A stretch of 61,651 nt of DNA, the filler included. It is 4 parts of 4 records of this genome, joined end to end, with 100 filler letters (N's around TTAATTAATTAA, not from the genome) between each part and the next. Parts side by side here need not be neighbours in the genome. Positions count along the whole stretch, not along the records: positions 1 to 29,306 come from SRR2962707_2015; 3 more parts are not named here. One strand, written 5' to 3'. Below are positions 9,248 to 19,286 of this stretch, one piece after another. The stretch's first letter is position 1; every line of letters begins with the position of its first letter. Position numbers and translations under genes: made by a program. The notes below the pieces were generated by a model. The model was not told the DNA's origin, searched no databases, and saw only the letters and a program-made list of their open reading frames with translations.

Positions 9248-9843
9248 TCAAGGTTGATATTCAGTCGAAAAACTTTGGCGTGGTGCCCGTTCTGGGGGCG
9301 ATCCGTTTCGATGTTTCCCCCAGCCACACAGTTGCGCTTGTGGGCCCGTCTGGCGTTGGTAAATCAACGTTGCTGCGCATCATTTCGGGCATTGATACGG
9401 ATTTTGAGGGTGCTGTTACCCGGCCCGAAAATCAGGCCGTCGTTTTCCAGGAACCGACGTTGCTGCCATGGCGGTCGGCCCTTGAAAACCTGCGCATCAT
9501 CCATCCCGAACTGTCCAAAAAACGTGCGCTGGATATGCTTGAACGTGTGGGTCTGGGCGGGGCGGGGGCATTATTTCCCGGTCAGCTTTCACTGGGTCAG
9601 CAGCGCCGTTTGTCGCTGGCCCGTGCCTTTGTCGGTGCGCCTGAAATGCTGATCATGGATGAACCGTTTGTTTCGCTTGACCCTGAGACGGCTCAAACCA
9701 TGTTGACCCTGACAAAGGAACTGATCGCCGAAACCCGTCCCGCGACGCTGTTTGTGACACATGATAGCCGAGAGGCTGACATTCTGGCCGACCGTGTTCT
9801 TAGGCTGCAAGCCGGCCCGCAGGGGGCAGTATTAACGGCATAA
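9244..9843 (+). CDS. ABC transporter ATP-binding protein (TauB/SsuB type)
   Basis: GPSGVGKS, LSLGQ, MDEPFVSLD, VTHD; ATGA overlap with permease. Confidence 0.92.
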   Translation: MIKVDIQSKNFGVVPVLGAIRFDVSPSHTVALVGPSGVGKSTLLRIISGIDTDFEGAVTRPENQAVVFQEPTLLPWRSALENLRIIHPELSKKRALDMLERVGLGGAGALFPGQLSLGQQRRLSLARAFVGAPEMLIMDEPFVSLDPETAQTMLTLTKELIAETRPATLFVTHDSREADILADRVLRLQAGPQGAVLTA

Positions 9844-9872
9844 TGCCTGTTGTTCTTTCGAGGTTGCGATAG

Positions 9873-10568
9873 CTAGGGGCGATGGGCACGAAGCGCTTCG
9901 GGTGCGGCGATGAGCAATAGTATCGCGGCGGCGATTGCAAACATCCAATATCCGACAAACCCGAACAATACTGCGCCGCAGACGCCCCCCATTGCAAAAC
10001 AGGCAAGGGTCAAGCTGTGAAGGCTAAGCTTGGGACGCGCGTCTTGCCGTGATGCATCGTCGCCGACCAACGCGGCCAGTTCGATCCCTATGTCGGTCGC
10101 CATGCCAGACACATGGGTCGTGCGCACCCGTGCCCGCGATATCATGGTGGTAACGGCATTCTGAAGCCCCATCACAAAGCTTAAGACCACGACCAAAAAT
10201 GTCTCTTGCATGCCCATGGGGGCCAATACGAGCGCCGCGCTGAGCAGCATAAGAATGACGGCTTCGGCGGCAATCGCCAGAGCATAGATCGAACGTATTT
10301 TCCTGCGTTCGCCGGTTTGTATCGCAAGGGCAGCCACGCCCGCCCCGCCTATGAAGGCCACGACCAACCCCGCAAAGGACAACGCTACAAAAACTGCACC
10401 ATTCGCAAGGGTATCTGCAAAGGCCGAGATATTGCCGGTCATGTTCGCGGTAAAAGACCCCGCAATCAGGAACCCGACGGCGTTTAGCGCCCCGGCAACC
10501 GACGACAACAGCCCGGCCAGCGCAAGATCGATATTTGCAGTACGCTCATCGCCAACTCTGATCAGCAT
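9873..10568 (-). CDS. YoaK family (DUF1275) membrane protein
   Basis: [27 protein letters not shown] motifs. Confidence 0.88.
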   Translation of the reverse strand: MLIRVGDERTANIDLALAGLLSSVAGALNAVGFLIAGSFTANMTGNISAFADTLANGAVFVALSFAGLVVAFIGGAGVAALAIQTGERRKIRSIYALAIAAEAVILMLLSAALVLAPMGMQETFLVVVLSFVMGLQNAVTTMISRARVRTTHVSGMATDIGIELAALVGDDASRQDARPKLSLHSLTLACFAMGGVCGAVLFGFVGYWMFAIAAAILLLIAAPEALRAHRP

Positions 10569-10656
10569 TTCCGAGCCTTCTTGGTGTGTTCGGTCGGATG
10601 ATAGGGTACTCTTTCAACCGAGGCAAAGCTGTTTGGCGCTCGCGGCCCTAGTGGGG

Positions 10657-11088
10657 TCAGACCCCCGAGGTGTTTTGCAGCCAGATAGACAGAAAACCCT
10701 CGTCTTGTGCGGCTGTTGCGGCGTCGTCGGATGCGCGTTTACGGGCCTCTGAACGGCGATTTCTGATCAGGTCGATGCGCTTTGCGTCTGCGAACAGATC
10801 GTTCAACTGCCTGTGAATGTCGGCGCTGTTTTCCCGCAGGCGACGCGCCTGTGTTTCCTTGTGATGGATCGTTGCTGAAACATTGCGAATGAAATCAGAC
10901 AGAACGCGCGTGGCCTCGACAGCGTCGGGATCACCGCGATCATTCAGTTGCTCCATCAGCGCTTGCCGTTCGGCTTCGATGAGGCCAAGGGCGCGGTTCA
11001 CCTCTGCCATCTCTAGTGCCACATTTTCAGTCTCGTGGCGTTTGAGCCGTGCCAGCACCGCCAGCCCATCGGTACGCCGAGACGTCAT
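10657..11088 (-). CDS. fliJ: FliJ-like flagellar export coiled-coil protein
   Basis: 143-aa all-helical protein ending AAQDE; in the motA operon. Confidence 0.55.
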   Translation of the reverse strand: MTSRRTDGLAVLARLKRHETENVALEMAEVNRALGLIEAERQALMEQLNDRGDPDAVEATRVLSDFIRNVSATIHHKETQARRLRENSADIHRQLNDLFADAKRIDLIRNRRSEARKRASDDAATAAQDEGFLSIWLQNTSGV

Positions 11089-11345
11089 TCTTCGACGTGC
11101 TGCGAAAACACGATCAACCGGTCACGCATACGGGCAAGGATATCTGCATCAAGGATATCCATTCCGTCTGGAAGGGGAACATGCCCGATCACCCCATGAT
11201 GCCGCATTGACGCGGGCAGGGGTGGCCCGGTCGGGATAACCTCGGCGGTGTCTTCTTCTTCCGCGGCTTTGGTGGCCCCTGAAGCGTGGCCAATGTCTGG
11301 CACAGTCCAAAGGGCCACCAGCGCCAAAAGAACGCAGGCCCTCAT
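11085..11345 (-). CDS. Small exported hypothetical protein
   Basis: MRACVLLALVAL signal peptide; ATGA overlaps with motA stop and the fliJ-like start. Confidence 0.65.
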   Translation of the reverse strand: MRACVLLALVALWTVPDIGHASGATKAAEEEDTAEVIPTGPPLPASMRHHGVIGHVPLPDGMDILDADILARMRDRLIVFSQHVEE

Positions 11346-12208
11346 ACGACGGGCAGTTCCCGTTGCGACGCCTCGACGCTGGAAAAGCCGGGCTGTTTGG
11401 TTGTGGGAATATTGCCGCGGCCCAGTTCGATACAGACGCCGGGCGGGTGGCCCGCGACAATCGCCACGATGATATCCCGGATCACGGTATAGATCGCGCC
11501 GTCTTCTTCTTCGATTTGTTCCAGGCGGCCGGCGATGGGTTGAACCATGCAATAGGCAAGGAAAACCCCAAGGAATGTACCAACAAGCGCGCCACCGATC
11601 ATCGCGCCAAGGATTTCCGGCGGCTTGTCGATAGACGACATGGTTTTAATCACGCCAAGCACAGCGGCAACGATGCCGATTGCAGGCAGACCGTCGGCCA
11701 TGCTTTGAATTGCGCGGGCGGATACCAATGTTTCGTGGTGGTGTTTTTTGATCTTCCGGTTGATGACGTCTTCCATTTGAAAGCGGTCATCAAACTGCAT
11801 CGACATAATGCGAAAGCTATCGCCGATCAGGTCAGTCAGGAAGTGGTCCTTCATCAGCTTTGGATAACGCTGAAAAATCGCGCTATTTTCAGGGCTTTCG
11901 ATGTGCTCGTCCATCGCCACGATGCCTTTGGTCCGGTACAGCCGGGCCAATTCGAACATCAGGCTTAATAGATTATTGTAATCGTCGGCCTTCCAGCGCG
12001 GCCCTTTGAACACCCGCATCACCCCGGACAACGACGATTTCACCACCGCGAATGAATTGGCAATGACAAAGGCACCCAGAGAGGCCCCACCGATCATCAT
12101 GCCTTCGTAGGGAAGAGCGTGAAGAACGATGTCCATGTTGCCGCCCGACAGCATAAAGCCGCCAAAAACCAACCCAAAGACCATAACAAGGCCAAGCAAG
12201 AGTGTCAT
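11342..12208 (-). CDS. motA: Flagellar stator protein MotA
   Basis: ADGLPAIGIVAAVLGVIKTM and GGALVGTFLGVFLAY. Confidence 0.95.
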   Translation of the reverse strand: MTLLLGLVMVFGLVFGGFMLSGGNMDIVLHALPYEGMMIGGASLGAFVIANSFAVVKSSLSGVMRVFKGPRWKADDYNNLLSLMFELARLYRTKGIVAMDEHIESPENSAIFQRYPKLMKDHFLTDLIGDSFRIMSMQFDDRFQMEDVINRKIKKHHHETLVSARAIQSMADGLPAIGIVAAVLGVIKTMSSIDKPPEILGAMIGGALVGTFLGVFLAYCMVQPIAGRLEQIEEEDGAIYTVIRDIIVAIVAGHPPGVCIELGRGNIPTTKQPGFSSVEASQRELPVV

Positions 12209-12303
12209 TGAGGTACGCGCCTCCAAGTAAAACTATTCTTAGTTTATCCTTGAGTAGTAGCGTTTCTACAAGTATTATATCCAAAAGAACTTGGATTTAT
12301 TCA

Positions 12304-13416
12304 ATGAATAGTGATTTTTTAGTCAAGAACCGTGCGTTGGGGGATGCGCAAGCGTCCTCCGAAGTGGATGCGTTTGCCTATTTCGTTGATCCAGCAGAGC
12401 TGTCCCTTCTTGTGCCGGGCTGGCCTGCCGAGATGCGGCTGCTGCTTTGCATGGATTCGGCAGAGTTGTGCGAATTCGTCGTTTTCCATGATGATGAGGA
12501 AGATGCTGTCTTTGAGCGTGTCGCCGAAATTCTGGACAGGCCGCTTGGTTCCTTTGCGATTAGCCCCGAAGTCGCGGGCCACCCTGGCCGCCGCTTGCTG
12601 TTCTCCGAAGAGAACGCATTGCTCAAGGCGATACAGGACAGCGACAGCCTAAAGGAAATCGCGGCGGACTATTTGATTAACTACGATTTCGCCCTCGAAG
12701 AGGGGTTGGATTTCGATGCGCTCATGCGCCCGAGGCGGAGCGCCGAGGACGATCAGGTGTTGCGTGTGACTACCGACAAAATATTCCCGTTGGCCTCAAA
12801 GAGCGCGCGCAAGAAACGCAAAGTGCAATCGGGGCCACCCGAAGGTTATGGTTCTGTCGAAGAGGCGGCACCGGAAGAGTGTTTCTATCTAAGTCTCGAG
12901 ATGTGGCTTACTGGTGGTCGCATCCGTATCGCGGCCAACTCTGACCAGCCGTTGCCAATGGTGCCGAACTTGGCCCGCGAGGTCGCGTTTCGCGATGATT
13001 TCTCGTCTGTATATATCCCGCGCAACATTTTGCCTGGGCACTGGCACCCCGAAGATCAGATCGTCATCGACATCCCTGCTGAATTATTTCCTGCCGGTTT
13101 CTCGGACAATTGCGTGCACCGCAAAGTGCAGGTCGCGGTGATGCCTCGGGGTGTGTTTGTTGAATTTGGCGCACCCGTTCGTGCGTCAGGCGCCGTTGAT
13201 ACGATGATGGCCGAGGGTGATGTGACCCAGGTTTTGCCCACGCCAAGCGGGCGCAAACAGCCGTTCAGAAACTTTTACATACCGCTCATCGCGATTGCGG
13301 GGCTGGGTGCAACCGGCTTTTTCAGCACAATTATCGCGCAGACGACTGCGACAGAAGTCGCAACTAAGCTCCCAAAAACAGCAATTTACGGAGCGATACC
13401 CCAGTCGCAGCCATAA
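12304..13416 (+). CDS. Hypothetical protein with C-terminal membrane anchor
   Basis: About 370-aa ORF divergent from motA; hydrophobic FYIPLIAIAGLGATGFFSTIIA near the end. Confidence 0.65.
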   Translation: MNSDFLVKNRALGDAQASSEVDAFAYFVDPAELSLLVPGWPAEMRLLLCMDSAELCEFVVFHDDEEDAVFERVAEILDRPLGSFAISPEVAGHPGRRLLFSEENALLKAIQDSDSLKEIAADYLINYDFALEEGLDFDALMRPRRSAEDDQVLRVTTDKIFPLASKSARKKRKVQSGPPEGYGSVEEAAPEECFYLSLEMWLTGGRIRIAANSDQPLPMVPNLAREVAFRDDFSSVYIPRNILPGHWHPEDQIVIDIPAELFPAGFSDNCVHRKVQVAVMPRGVFVEFGAPVRASGAVDTMMAEGDVTQVLPTPSGRKQPFRNFYIPLIAIAGLGATGFFSTIIAQTTATEVATKLPKTAIYGAIPQSQP

Positions 13417-13604
13417 CGCGATCCGACAGTTTCAGCAAAAATATGCTTGTCGTAGCTTGTTATTGTTACAAAAACAGTCCGAATCATGTTAAGAATAGAT
13501 CGCAAAGTCGTATTTATCTTTGTGACATATAAAGCAGAGCTCGAATTTGAGCTTTTATTGAACTTGCAGAAGGCAAAACTAACTCATCCAAGGAAAGTTT
13601 CCTC

Positions 13605-14039
13605 ATGCCTACCCTGATTACAAAAAATAACCTAAGCGATACCGCGATTGCGTCTATCGCAGCGGGATTTGCAAGTCGTTCCGATGTTTCTATTGACGAT
13701 ATTCTGACACTTGTTGAGCGGTTGATGGCAATTACGCCCGAAGCCGGTACACGTAGCGAGCCAAAATCCAAAGCAATTCCGGCCACGCCTGCCGAGCAGA
13801 AAATGACCCAAGACACGATCTTTTGTCTGTGCTGCGGTAAGGGCTTTAAGATGCTCAAGCGTCACCTTGGAGCAGAGCACGGCCTGACCGAAGAAGAATA
13901 CCGTGTCATGTTTGATCTGTCTGCCGATACGCCGCTGGTTGCGCCAAGCTATAGCAAGCGCAAGGCTGAATACGCCAAAAGTTCCGGGTTGGGAAAGTAC
14001 ACCCGGGACAAGTTCGGCAAAAGCGCAGAGATCTCTTAA
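13605..14039 (+). CDS. mucR: MucR/Ros family zinc-finger regulator
   Basis: IFCLCCGKGFKMLKRHL...HGLT...YR...PLVAPSYS. Confidence 0.92.
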   Translation: MPTLITKNNLSDTAIASIAAGFASRSDVSIDDILTLVERLMAITPEAGTRSEPKSKAIPATPAEQKMTQDTIFCLCCGKGFKMLKRHLGAEHGLTEEEYRVMFDLSADTPLVAPSYSKRKAEYAKSSGLGKYTRDKFGKSAEIS

Positions 14040-14081
14040 TCCGGTGGTCTGACTGTCAATGACGCGTCCGGAGATATCCTT

Positions 14082-15038
14082 GTGAGCAATAAGAAAAACG
14101 AGACCGTCATCATCAAGCGCTATGACGAGGCGGGCGGTCACGCCCACCACGGTGGCGGCTGGAAGGTGGCTTATGCCGACTTCATGACCGCCATGATGGC
14201 TTTCTTTTTGCTGTTGTGGATTCTTGCCGCTTCGGACGAAGAAAAACTGCGGGGGTTGGCGAATTATTTCACGCCCACCCTGTCTGATAGTGGTGCCGCA
14301 TCGGATGCGGCTGCGGATTTGCGGCCACTGACGGCGCCAGGTGTGATGACCGGCGGCGTTGAAAATACCGGCACCATAAAAGCACCCAGTTTCGGGCGTG
14401 ATAATCCGATGATGGTGTTTGACAGCCGCCTGCGCGACCGGCCTGCCGAGGTTATCGTCGAATATGCGGACGAGCCGGAGCCGTCGAAGACACCCGATCC
14501 CGCCAAAGCAGAGGACCCATCTAACCCCGCAGATGTTTTGGCGGCCCAAGAAGCCGATACGCGACGCCGCGAGATTGATCGCATGGCCGAAGAAATCGCC
14601 GATCGTATCACCTCTGACGCGGGTCTGCGCGATCTGGCGCGCAACGTACGGTTGGAAAAATCCGACGGCGCGCTGACGGTTCAGGTGTTGGATCAGGATG
14701 AACGGTCGTTGTTCGAAACCGGCAGTTCCGAGATTAGCGAGAAGACCCGCAAGTTGCTGGAAGCCATTGGCGGGGTTATCGCATCCCAGTCAGAGCCGGT
14801 CGAGATTGTCGGACATACGGACGCTGCCACATATGATGCCGCGACGGATTATTCCAACTGGGAATTGTCGGCGGATCGGGCAAATGCAACCCGTAGAATG
14901 CTGATGGAAGCAGGCATATCATCTGCACGATTTATGCGCATTTCCGGTGTGGCAGACACCCAGCCAATCAACACGATGGATCTATTTGCACCGGAAAACC
15001 GCCGCATTTCGATTAAGTTACTCTACCAGGCGGAATGA
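14082..15038 (+). CDS. motB: Flagellar stator protein MotB
   Basis: HHGGGWKVAYADFMTAMMAFFLLLWI; OmpA-like GHTD, NWELSADRA, NRRISI. Confidence 0.95.
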   Translation: MSNKKNETVIIKRYDEAGGHAHHGGGWKVAYADFMTAMMAFFLLLWILAASDEEKLRGLANYFTPTLSDSGAASDAAADLRPLTAPGVMTGGVENTGTIKAPSFGRDNPMMVFDSRLRDRPAEVIVEYADEPEPSKTPDPAKAEDPSNPADVLAAQEADTRRREIDRMAEEIADRITSDAGLRDLARNVRLEKSDGALTVQVLDQDERSLFETGSSEISEKTRKLLEAIGGVIASQSEPVEIVGHTDAATYDAATDYSNWELSADRANATRRMLMEAGISSARFMRISGVADTQPINTMDLFAPENRRISIKLLYQAE

Positions 15039-15218
15039 TGGCGCGTGATATACAGCATATCCAACACACATAGATATTGAGTGTTAATGGTTTCGTCGTA
15101 ACAAGATAAGCTAAATATTTTCAAAAAGTGAATTTTTCGCACTAGGCGAATGATTCGGAAAGCTTTACACTTCTTGCGAGAACTGTCGATCAAGGCTCAT
15201 ACCGCTGCCTAATTTAGT

Positions 15219-15977
15219 GTGTTTTGGATCGAAATAACCAAGGTGGGGGCCGAGGTGTACGAGAAATTTGTTATTGGGGGCATCTGGAAAGGTGCCTGTT
15301 ACTCAGGCAATGCTGCAGATAATCAGCTTTTGAAAACGTGGATCCGTGCGCTTGTTCCGGTTCAAACGTCTATTTTCGAAATGCACGGGTGGTCGTTTGA
15401 CCCAGCGGCGATGCCGGAAGACGTTGAACCGTTTCCCGGTATTTGCCTTGGTGATATCCTTGCCGAAGAGTTGGACGCCGATGTGCCTTATGGGTCGATC
15501 GTTGTTATCCGAAGCCAGAACGCGTTTCCGAACCTTTCGCAGGCCGCTGGTCGGCTTGTTGGTGAAATTCTGTTGCGTGTTGTCGGGCGTGGTCTGTTCC
15601 CGCTGATCGACGAGGACGGCCTGCTTTATGCATTGGGTTTGGCGTATTATCGCGCCGCGTCAGCAAAAGAACTGGTGCAGTTGGGGCTGGAGCCATCCGC
15701 GTTTCAGGCGGGACTGAATGCGGTTCTGACGAAATACTGGGCGCAACCTTGCGAGGATGGTGGCCTCTTTTCCTCTGGTTTGACCCCAAAGAACCAGCCT
15801 GTCCAGCGGCGCGAGTTTATCCGGCGCAACATGGCGACGCCTTCCTTGGCTGCGCTGAATGATTTTGACGTCAGACCGACGCTTAACCAATGGACGTTGA
15901 AATTAAAGATGCTGATCGGTGGCGATCCTGGGCGTATTGCGCAGCCCCCGCTACATGGCAATGTTGGGATCGCCTGA
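15219..15977 (+). CDS. Hypothetical protein
   Basis: About 250-aa ORF between motB and fliK; start uncertain (possibly GTG 15255). Confidence 0.6.
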   Translation: MFWIEITKVGAEVYEKFVIGGIWKGACYSGNAADNQLLKTWIRALVPVQTSIFEMHGWSFDPAAMPEDVEPFPGICLGDILAEELDADVPYGSIVVIRSQNAFPNLSQAAGRLVGEILLRVVGRGLFPLIDEDGLLYALGLAYYRAASAKELVQLGLEPSAFQAGLNAVLTKYWAQPCEDGGLFSSGLTPKNQPVQRREFIRRNMATPSLAALNDFDVRPTLNQWTLKLKMLIGGDPGRIAQPPLHGNVGIA

Positions 15978-16017
15978 ACGAAACCTCATTCGCCGATCAC
16001 AGACACGGAGGGCACAT

Positions 16018-17220
16018 ATGATACCCCAAGCACTGCCCGCAAATACCCCGCAAAAAACCGCCGGAGCCGGTGCTGCGCCCGATGCCGGTAAGGCATCCGC
16101 GTTTGAATTGCTGATGCAGCAGACCACCGCGCTGCAATCCCCCGAGGGGTTGCAGGCATCGCTTCAATCGGGCCCGCAGACAGGGCTGCCGACCGAGGCC
16201 GCGCCGGAATTGACACTGCCCGAAGGGATCGACCTCGATACTGCCGAAGGGTTGGTAGCGTTGCTTGATCACATCATTACAGAGCTTGAAAACGGCGGCG
16301 AACAGCTGACCAGCACCAAGGTGTTGGCCGAGTTCGCAGAGGCACTGGGCGCGGAGCCTGCCCTGACCATCGGCGAACTGGCGGCGGTCGCGCAGTTTGC
16401 GGATACCACGCTTGAGGCCACATTGACCGAGCGTATTGCCAATGCCGTGCAAACAGCGACGCCAATCAGTCAGTTAAGCATCGCTGCGGCTGGGGTGCCT
16501 GCGGTCGATCGTTCAGCAGCACCAAGGACCGAGGCCGTGATCGCAGCTGACAAGGTGAACGCCGCCGCGACCACCATGCCGCTGCGTGATTTGTCTAATG
16601 AAAACAGGGTGCAAGAAACACCCTTGGCAATGAATTCCCCTGACAAGGTCGTCGCGAAGGACGCCGCGATTGCGGTGCCTGGTCAGCCGGGAACCGTCGT
16701 CGTCGATGGCGCGCGGGACCTGTCGCAGGCGACGGGCAGCGTTCAACTGCCGCCCGAAATACACCGCAGCACCCCGACAGCCGAAAGAATGCCAGCCCCC
16801 TCAACAGCCGCGGATGTTCAACTGCGCCAGCACGTCGCGCAGCAGATCCGCACGGTTGAAACGGGTGATTCAAAGTTCCGCTTTTCGCTTTCGCCCTACG
16901 GCATGGGCGAGATCGAAGTCGAGATCGGGCGCTCTGAAAACGGGCGGGTGCAAATCTCGATGGTTACGGAAACCGCATCGGTCCTAAATGTCCTGCGTCA
17001 AGATCGCGAACAGTTGCTGGACGCGCTGCAATCGCGCGGTATCGCGGCCGAGAATTCGGATCTGGATTTCCAGACCTTTGGCGAGCGGGGTCGCAATGAC
17101 CAACAACAGCCTGAAAACGGTCTTTATCCCGATCACGCCGAAGCGCAGGGCGACAGCAATGAACCCGTGCAGGTGCAGGGTCCGTCAACCGGTACGGGAT
17201 TGCTGGATATCCTAACCTAA
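16018..17220 (+). CDS. fliK: Flagellar hook-length control protein FliK
   Basis: Ala/Pro/Thr-rich N-terminus, C-terminal FSLSPYGMGEIEV domain, upstream of flgD. Confidence 0.88.
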   Translation: MIPQALPANTPQKTAGAGAAPDAGKASAFELLMQQTTALQSPEGLQASLQSGPQTGLPTEAAPELTLPEGIDLDTAEGLVALLDHIITELENGGEQLTSTKVLAEFAEALGAEPALTIGELAAVAQFADTTLEATLTERIANAVQTATPISQLSIAAAGVPAVDRSAAPRTEAVIAADKVNAAATTMPLRDLSNENRVQETPLAMNSPDKVVAKDAAIAVPGQPGTVVVDGARDLSQATGSVQLPPEIHRSTPTAERMPAPSTAADVQLRQHVAQQIRTVETGDSKFRFSLSPYGMGEIEVEIGRSENGRVQISMVTETASVLNVLRQDREQLLDALQSRGIAAENSDLDFQTFGERGRNDQQQPENGLYPDHAEAQGDSNEPVQVQGPSTGTGLLDILT

Positions 17221-17230
17221 AGGAAAAATC

Positions 17231-17899
17231 ATGATCGATGCCACCACGACGAGCAACCTTGCCGCGACAAGCAGCACTTCTGCATCTAAGACCGCTACGA
17301 CCGAGCTTGAGGAAAGCTATAATAGCTTTCTGACCTTGTTGACGGCACAGATTTCCAACCAGGACCCGCTTGAACCGGTGGATTCAACGCAGTTTGTGTC
17401 TCAGTTGGCGCAGCTGACGCAGGTCGAACAAAGCATTGCAACCAACGCCAATCTGGAATCAATCGGCAGCATGCTGTCTGCGGTGGCGGCTATGTCTGAT
17501 CTTCAACTGATTGGCCGCGATGTTCTGGTCCCCTCGGACCAGGTCCGCATGACAGAGACGGAATTCCCGCTGAGCTATCAGGTGGCTGCCGGTGCGTCTG
17601 AGGTGAAGATCAAGATTTACTCCGACGGAAACTTGGTTCGCGAGCTTAACGGTCCCTCGACCACAGAAGGTGAGCTGATCGATGTTGCGTGGGATCGTCT
17701 GGATGCGGTGGGTTTGCCAGTGCCACCCGATACGTTTCAGGTGGAGATCACAGCCAGTGACGAGAATGGCGATCCCGTCGGCGTTACCAGCCTGACCAAG
17801 GCCGAGGTCGAACGTGTGGACTTTACCGTGCGGGGGCCTGAGTTGCAGTTAAGCAATGGTGAAACGGTACTGTCACAGGTCGTTCAGTCGGTTCTCTGA
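17231..17899 (+). CDS. flgD: Hook capping protein FlgD
   Basis: FLTLLTAQISNQDPLEPVDSTQFVSQLAQ. Confidence 0.95.
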   Translation: MIDATTTSNLAATSSTSASKTATTELEESYNSFLTLLTAQISNQDPLEPVDSTQFVSQLAQLTQVEQSIATNANLESIGSMLSAVAAMSDLQLIGRDVLVPSDQVRMTETEFPLSYQVAAGASEVKIKIYSDGNLVRELNGPSTTEGELIDVAWDRLDAVGLPVPPDTFQVEITASDENGDPVGVTSLTKAEVERVDFTVRGPELQLSNGETVLSQVVQSVL

Positions 17900-17911
17900 C
17901 GCGAAGTCAGA

Positions 17912-18433
17912 TCACAGCCGGGCGATGTCTTGCTTGAACAGCGATACAAACAGGACATCCTCGACGCCCTCGTAATCCTTACTCAGCAGATCGCGGATCA
18001 ACGCTGACAGCGCGTCACTGTCGATTGCCACGCCGCGCAATACCGCGCCTTCGGCAGCCAAGTTCATTGCCGTCAAAAGGGAATCGCGAAGCCGCGTGGC
18101 ATCTTCCACACGTTTGTAGCGCTCTGCAAATTCGAGGTTTTCCAGCTTCAACGCAAAGTCGGCCACGACATAGGAAACGCTATTGGCCTTTTCGACCGGG
18201 ATTGTCATTTGCCCTAGGCGAATGATCGTCCGGTCTTCTGCCAGCACATGCCCGATGCTCACTTCTTCTTCGACGTCTTGTGTGTCTTCCGCTGCGCGGT
18301 GACCCGTGTCTGTTATACTGTCGGCAGCGGCGTGGCTTTCGGAGGCGGGCGGAGCCAACACCATTCCGGTTGCATAGCCGCCACCCAAACAGGCCAAAGG
18401 CAGCGCAATAATAGCGATTGCAAGTTTGTTCAT
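17912..18433 (-). CDS. fliL: FliL-like basal body-associated protein
   Basis: N-terminal TM, linker, RLRDSLL and VEDVLF pattern. Confidence 0.65.
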   Translation of the reverse strand: MNKLAIAIIALPLACLGGGYATGMVLAPPASESHAAADSITDTGHRAAEDTQDVEEEVSIGHVLAEDRTIIRLGQMTIPVEKANSVSYVVADFALKLENLEFAERYKRVEDATRLRDSLLTAMNLAAEGAVLRGVAIDSDALSALIRDLLSKDYEGVEDVLFVSLFKQDIARL

Positions 18434-18515
18434 GATCGACCTTTCCACAAATGCTTAAGCAATTGATACCGGTCGATTGAGACAGTTTTCGTCTAACTTT
18501 GTGACTTAGTTATGG

Positions 18516-19286
18516 TTAATACGGAAGGATAACATCCAAGGCATCTTCGCCATAACTGCGCTGTTGAGTACGCGAAATAGTGCCCCGTCCACCATAGGCG
18601 ACGCGGGCCTCTGCGATCTTTTCATACGAGATCGTATTGTCATTTCGGATGTCTGCCGGACGAACGATGCCAGCCATACGCAGCTCTCTCAGCTCGTGAT
18701 TCACCTTAATTTCTTGACGTCCAGCAACAACCAGCGTGCCGTTGGGCAATTTCTCGATCACCAGCGCGGCGACTTTCAGGTCGACCTGTTCGTTACGATT
18801 GATCGCGCCCGAACCGCTGGCCTGAGTTTGCGAATTGATGTCGACAATGTCGCCAGTCGGCAAATCGTCCCGGCTGATTCCGGGCAGAATTGAGGCGATC
18901 TTTGCCCCATAGCCGAAGAATGTCGGAAAACCGATCGTGCTGCCGCCGTCACGTTGGCGGTCGGTTGAATTGCTCAGTTGGGCGCTATCGTCGATCGAAA
19001 TGATGACGGTGACGATATCGCCCACATCGTCCGCCCGCTGATCTGCAAACAGCGGTTCGCGTATGTTCGAGAAAAGCGAGGCCCTGGCACTGCCTGTGCG
19101 CGGGGCCGCCATTGTGACGGCGGGCATTGGTACTTGCACGCGTGCGACCTCGGGAATGGTGTCACCATCCACCACAAGATCCGAGGTTCTGGGTTCACGG
19201 TCAAAATGCTTGGAGGCATTGCAGCCCGTCAGGACCAGAGCCGAGCCAATGAAAAGAGCAGTTGTATGGCTGCGTAGGGAAGTCAT
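18516..19286 (-). CDS. flgH: L-ring lipoprotein FlgH
   Basis: Lipobox LTGC, VGDIVTV, LPNGTL, GIVRPADI, KIAEARVAYGG. Confidence 0.95.
   Translation of the reverse strand: MTSLRSHTTALFIGSALVLTGCNASKHFDREPRTSDLVVDGDTIPEVARVQVPMPAVTMAAPRTGSARASLFSNIREPLFADQRADDVGDIVTVIISIDDSAQLSNSTDRQRDGGSTIGFPTFFGYGAKIASILPGISRDDLPTGDIVDINSQTQASGSGAINRNEQVDLKVAALVIEKLPNGTLVVAGRQEIKVNHELRELRMAGIVRPADIRNDNTISYEKIAEARVAYGGRGTISRTQQRSYGEDALDVILPY

Noticed and set aside
13632-14549. Long antisense ORFs (also 24030-24764, 32587-33387, 44444-45463, 51648-52475)
   Set aside because: Shadow frames opposite well-supported genes in GC-rich DNA
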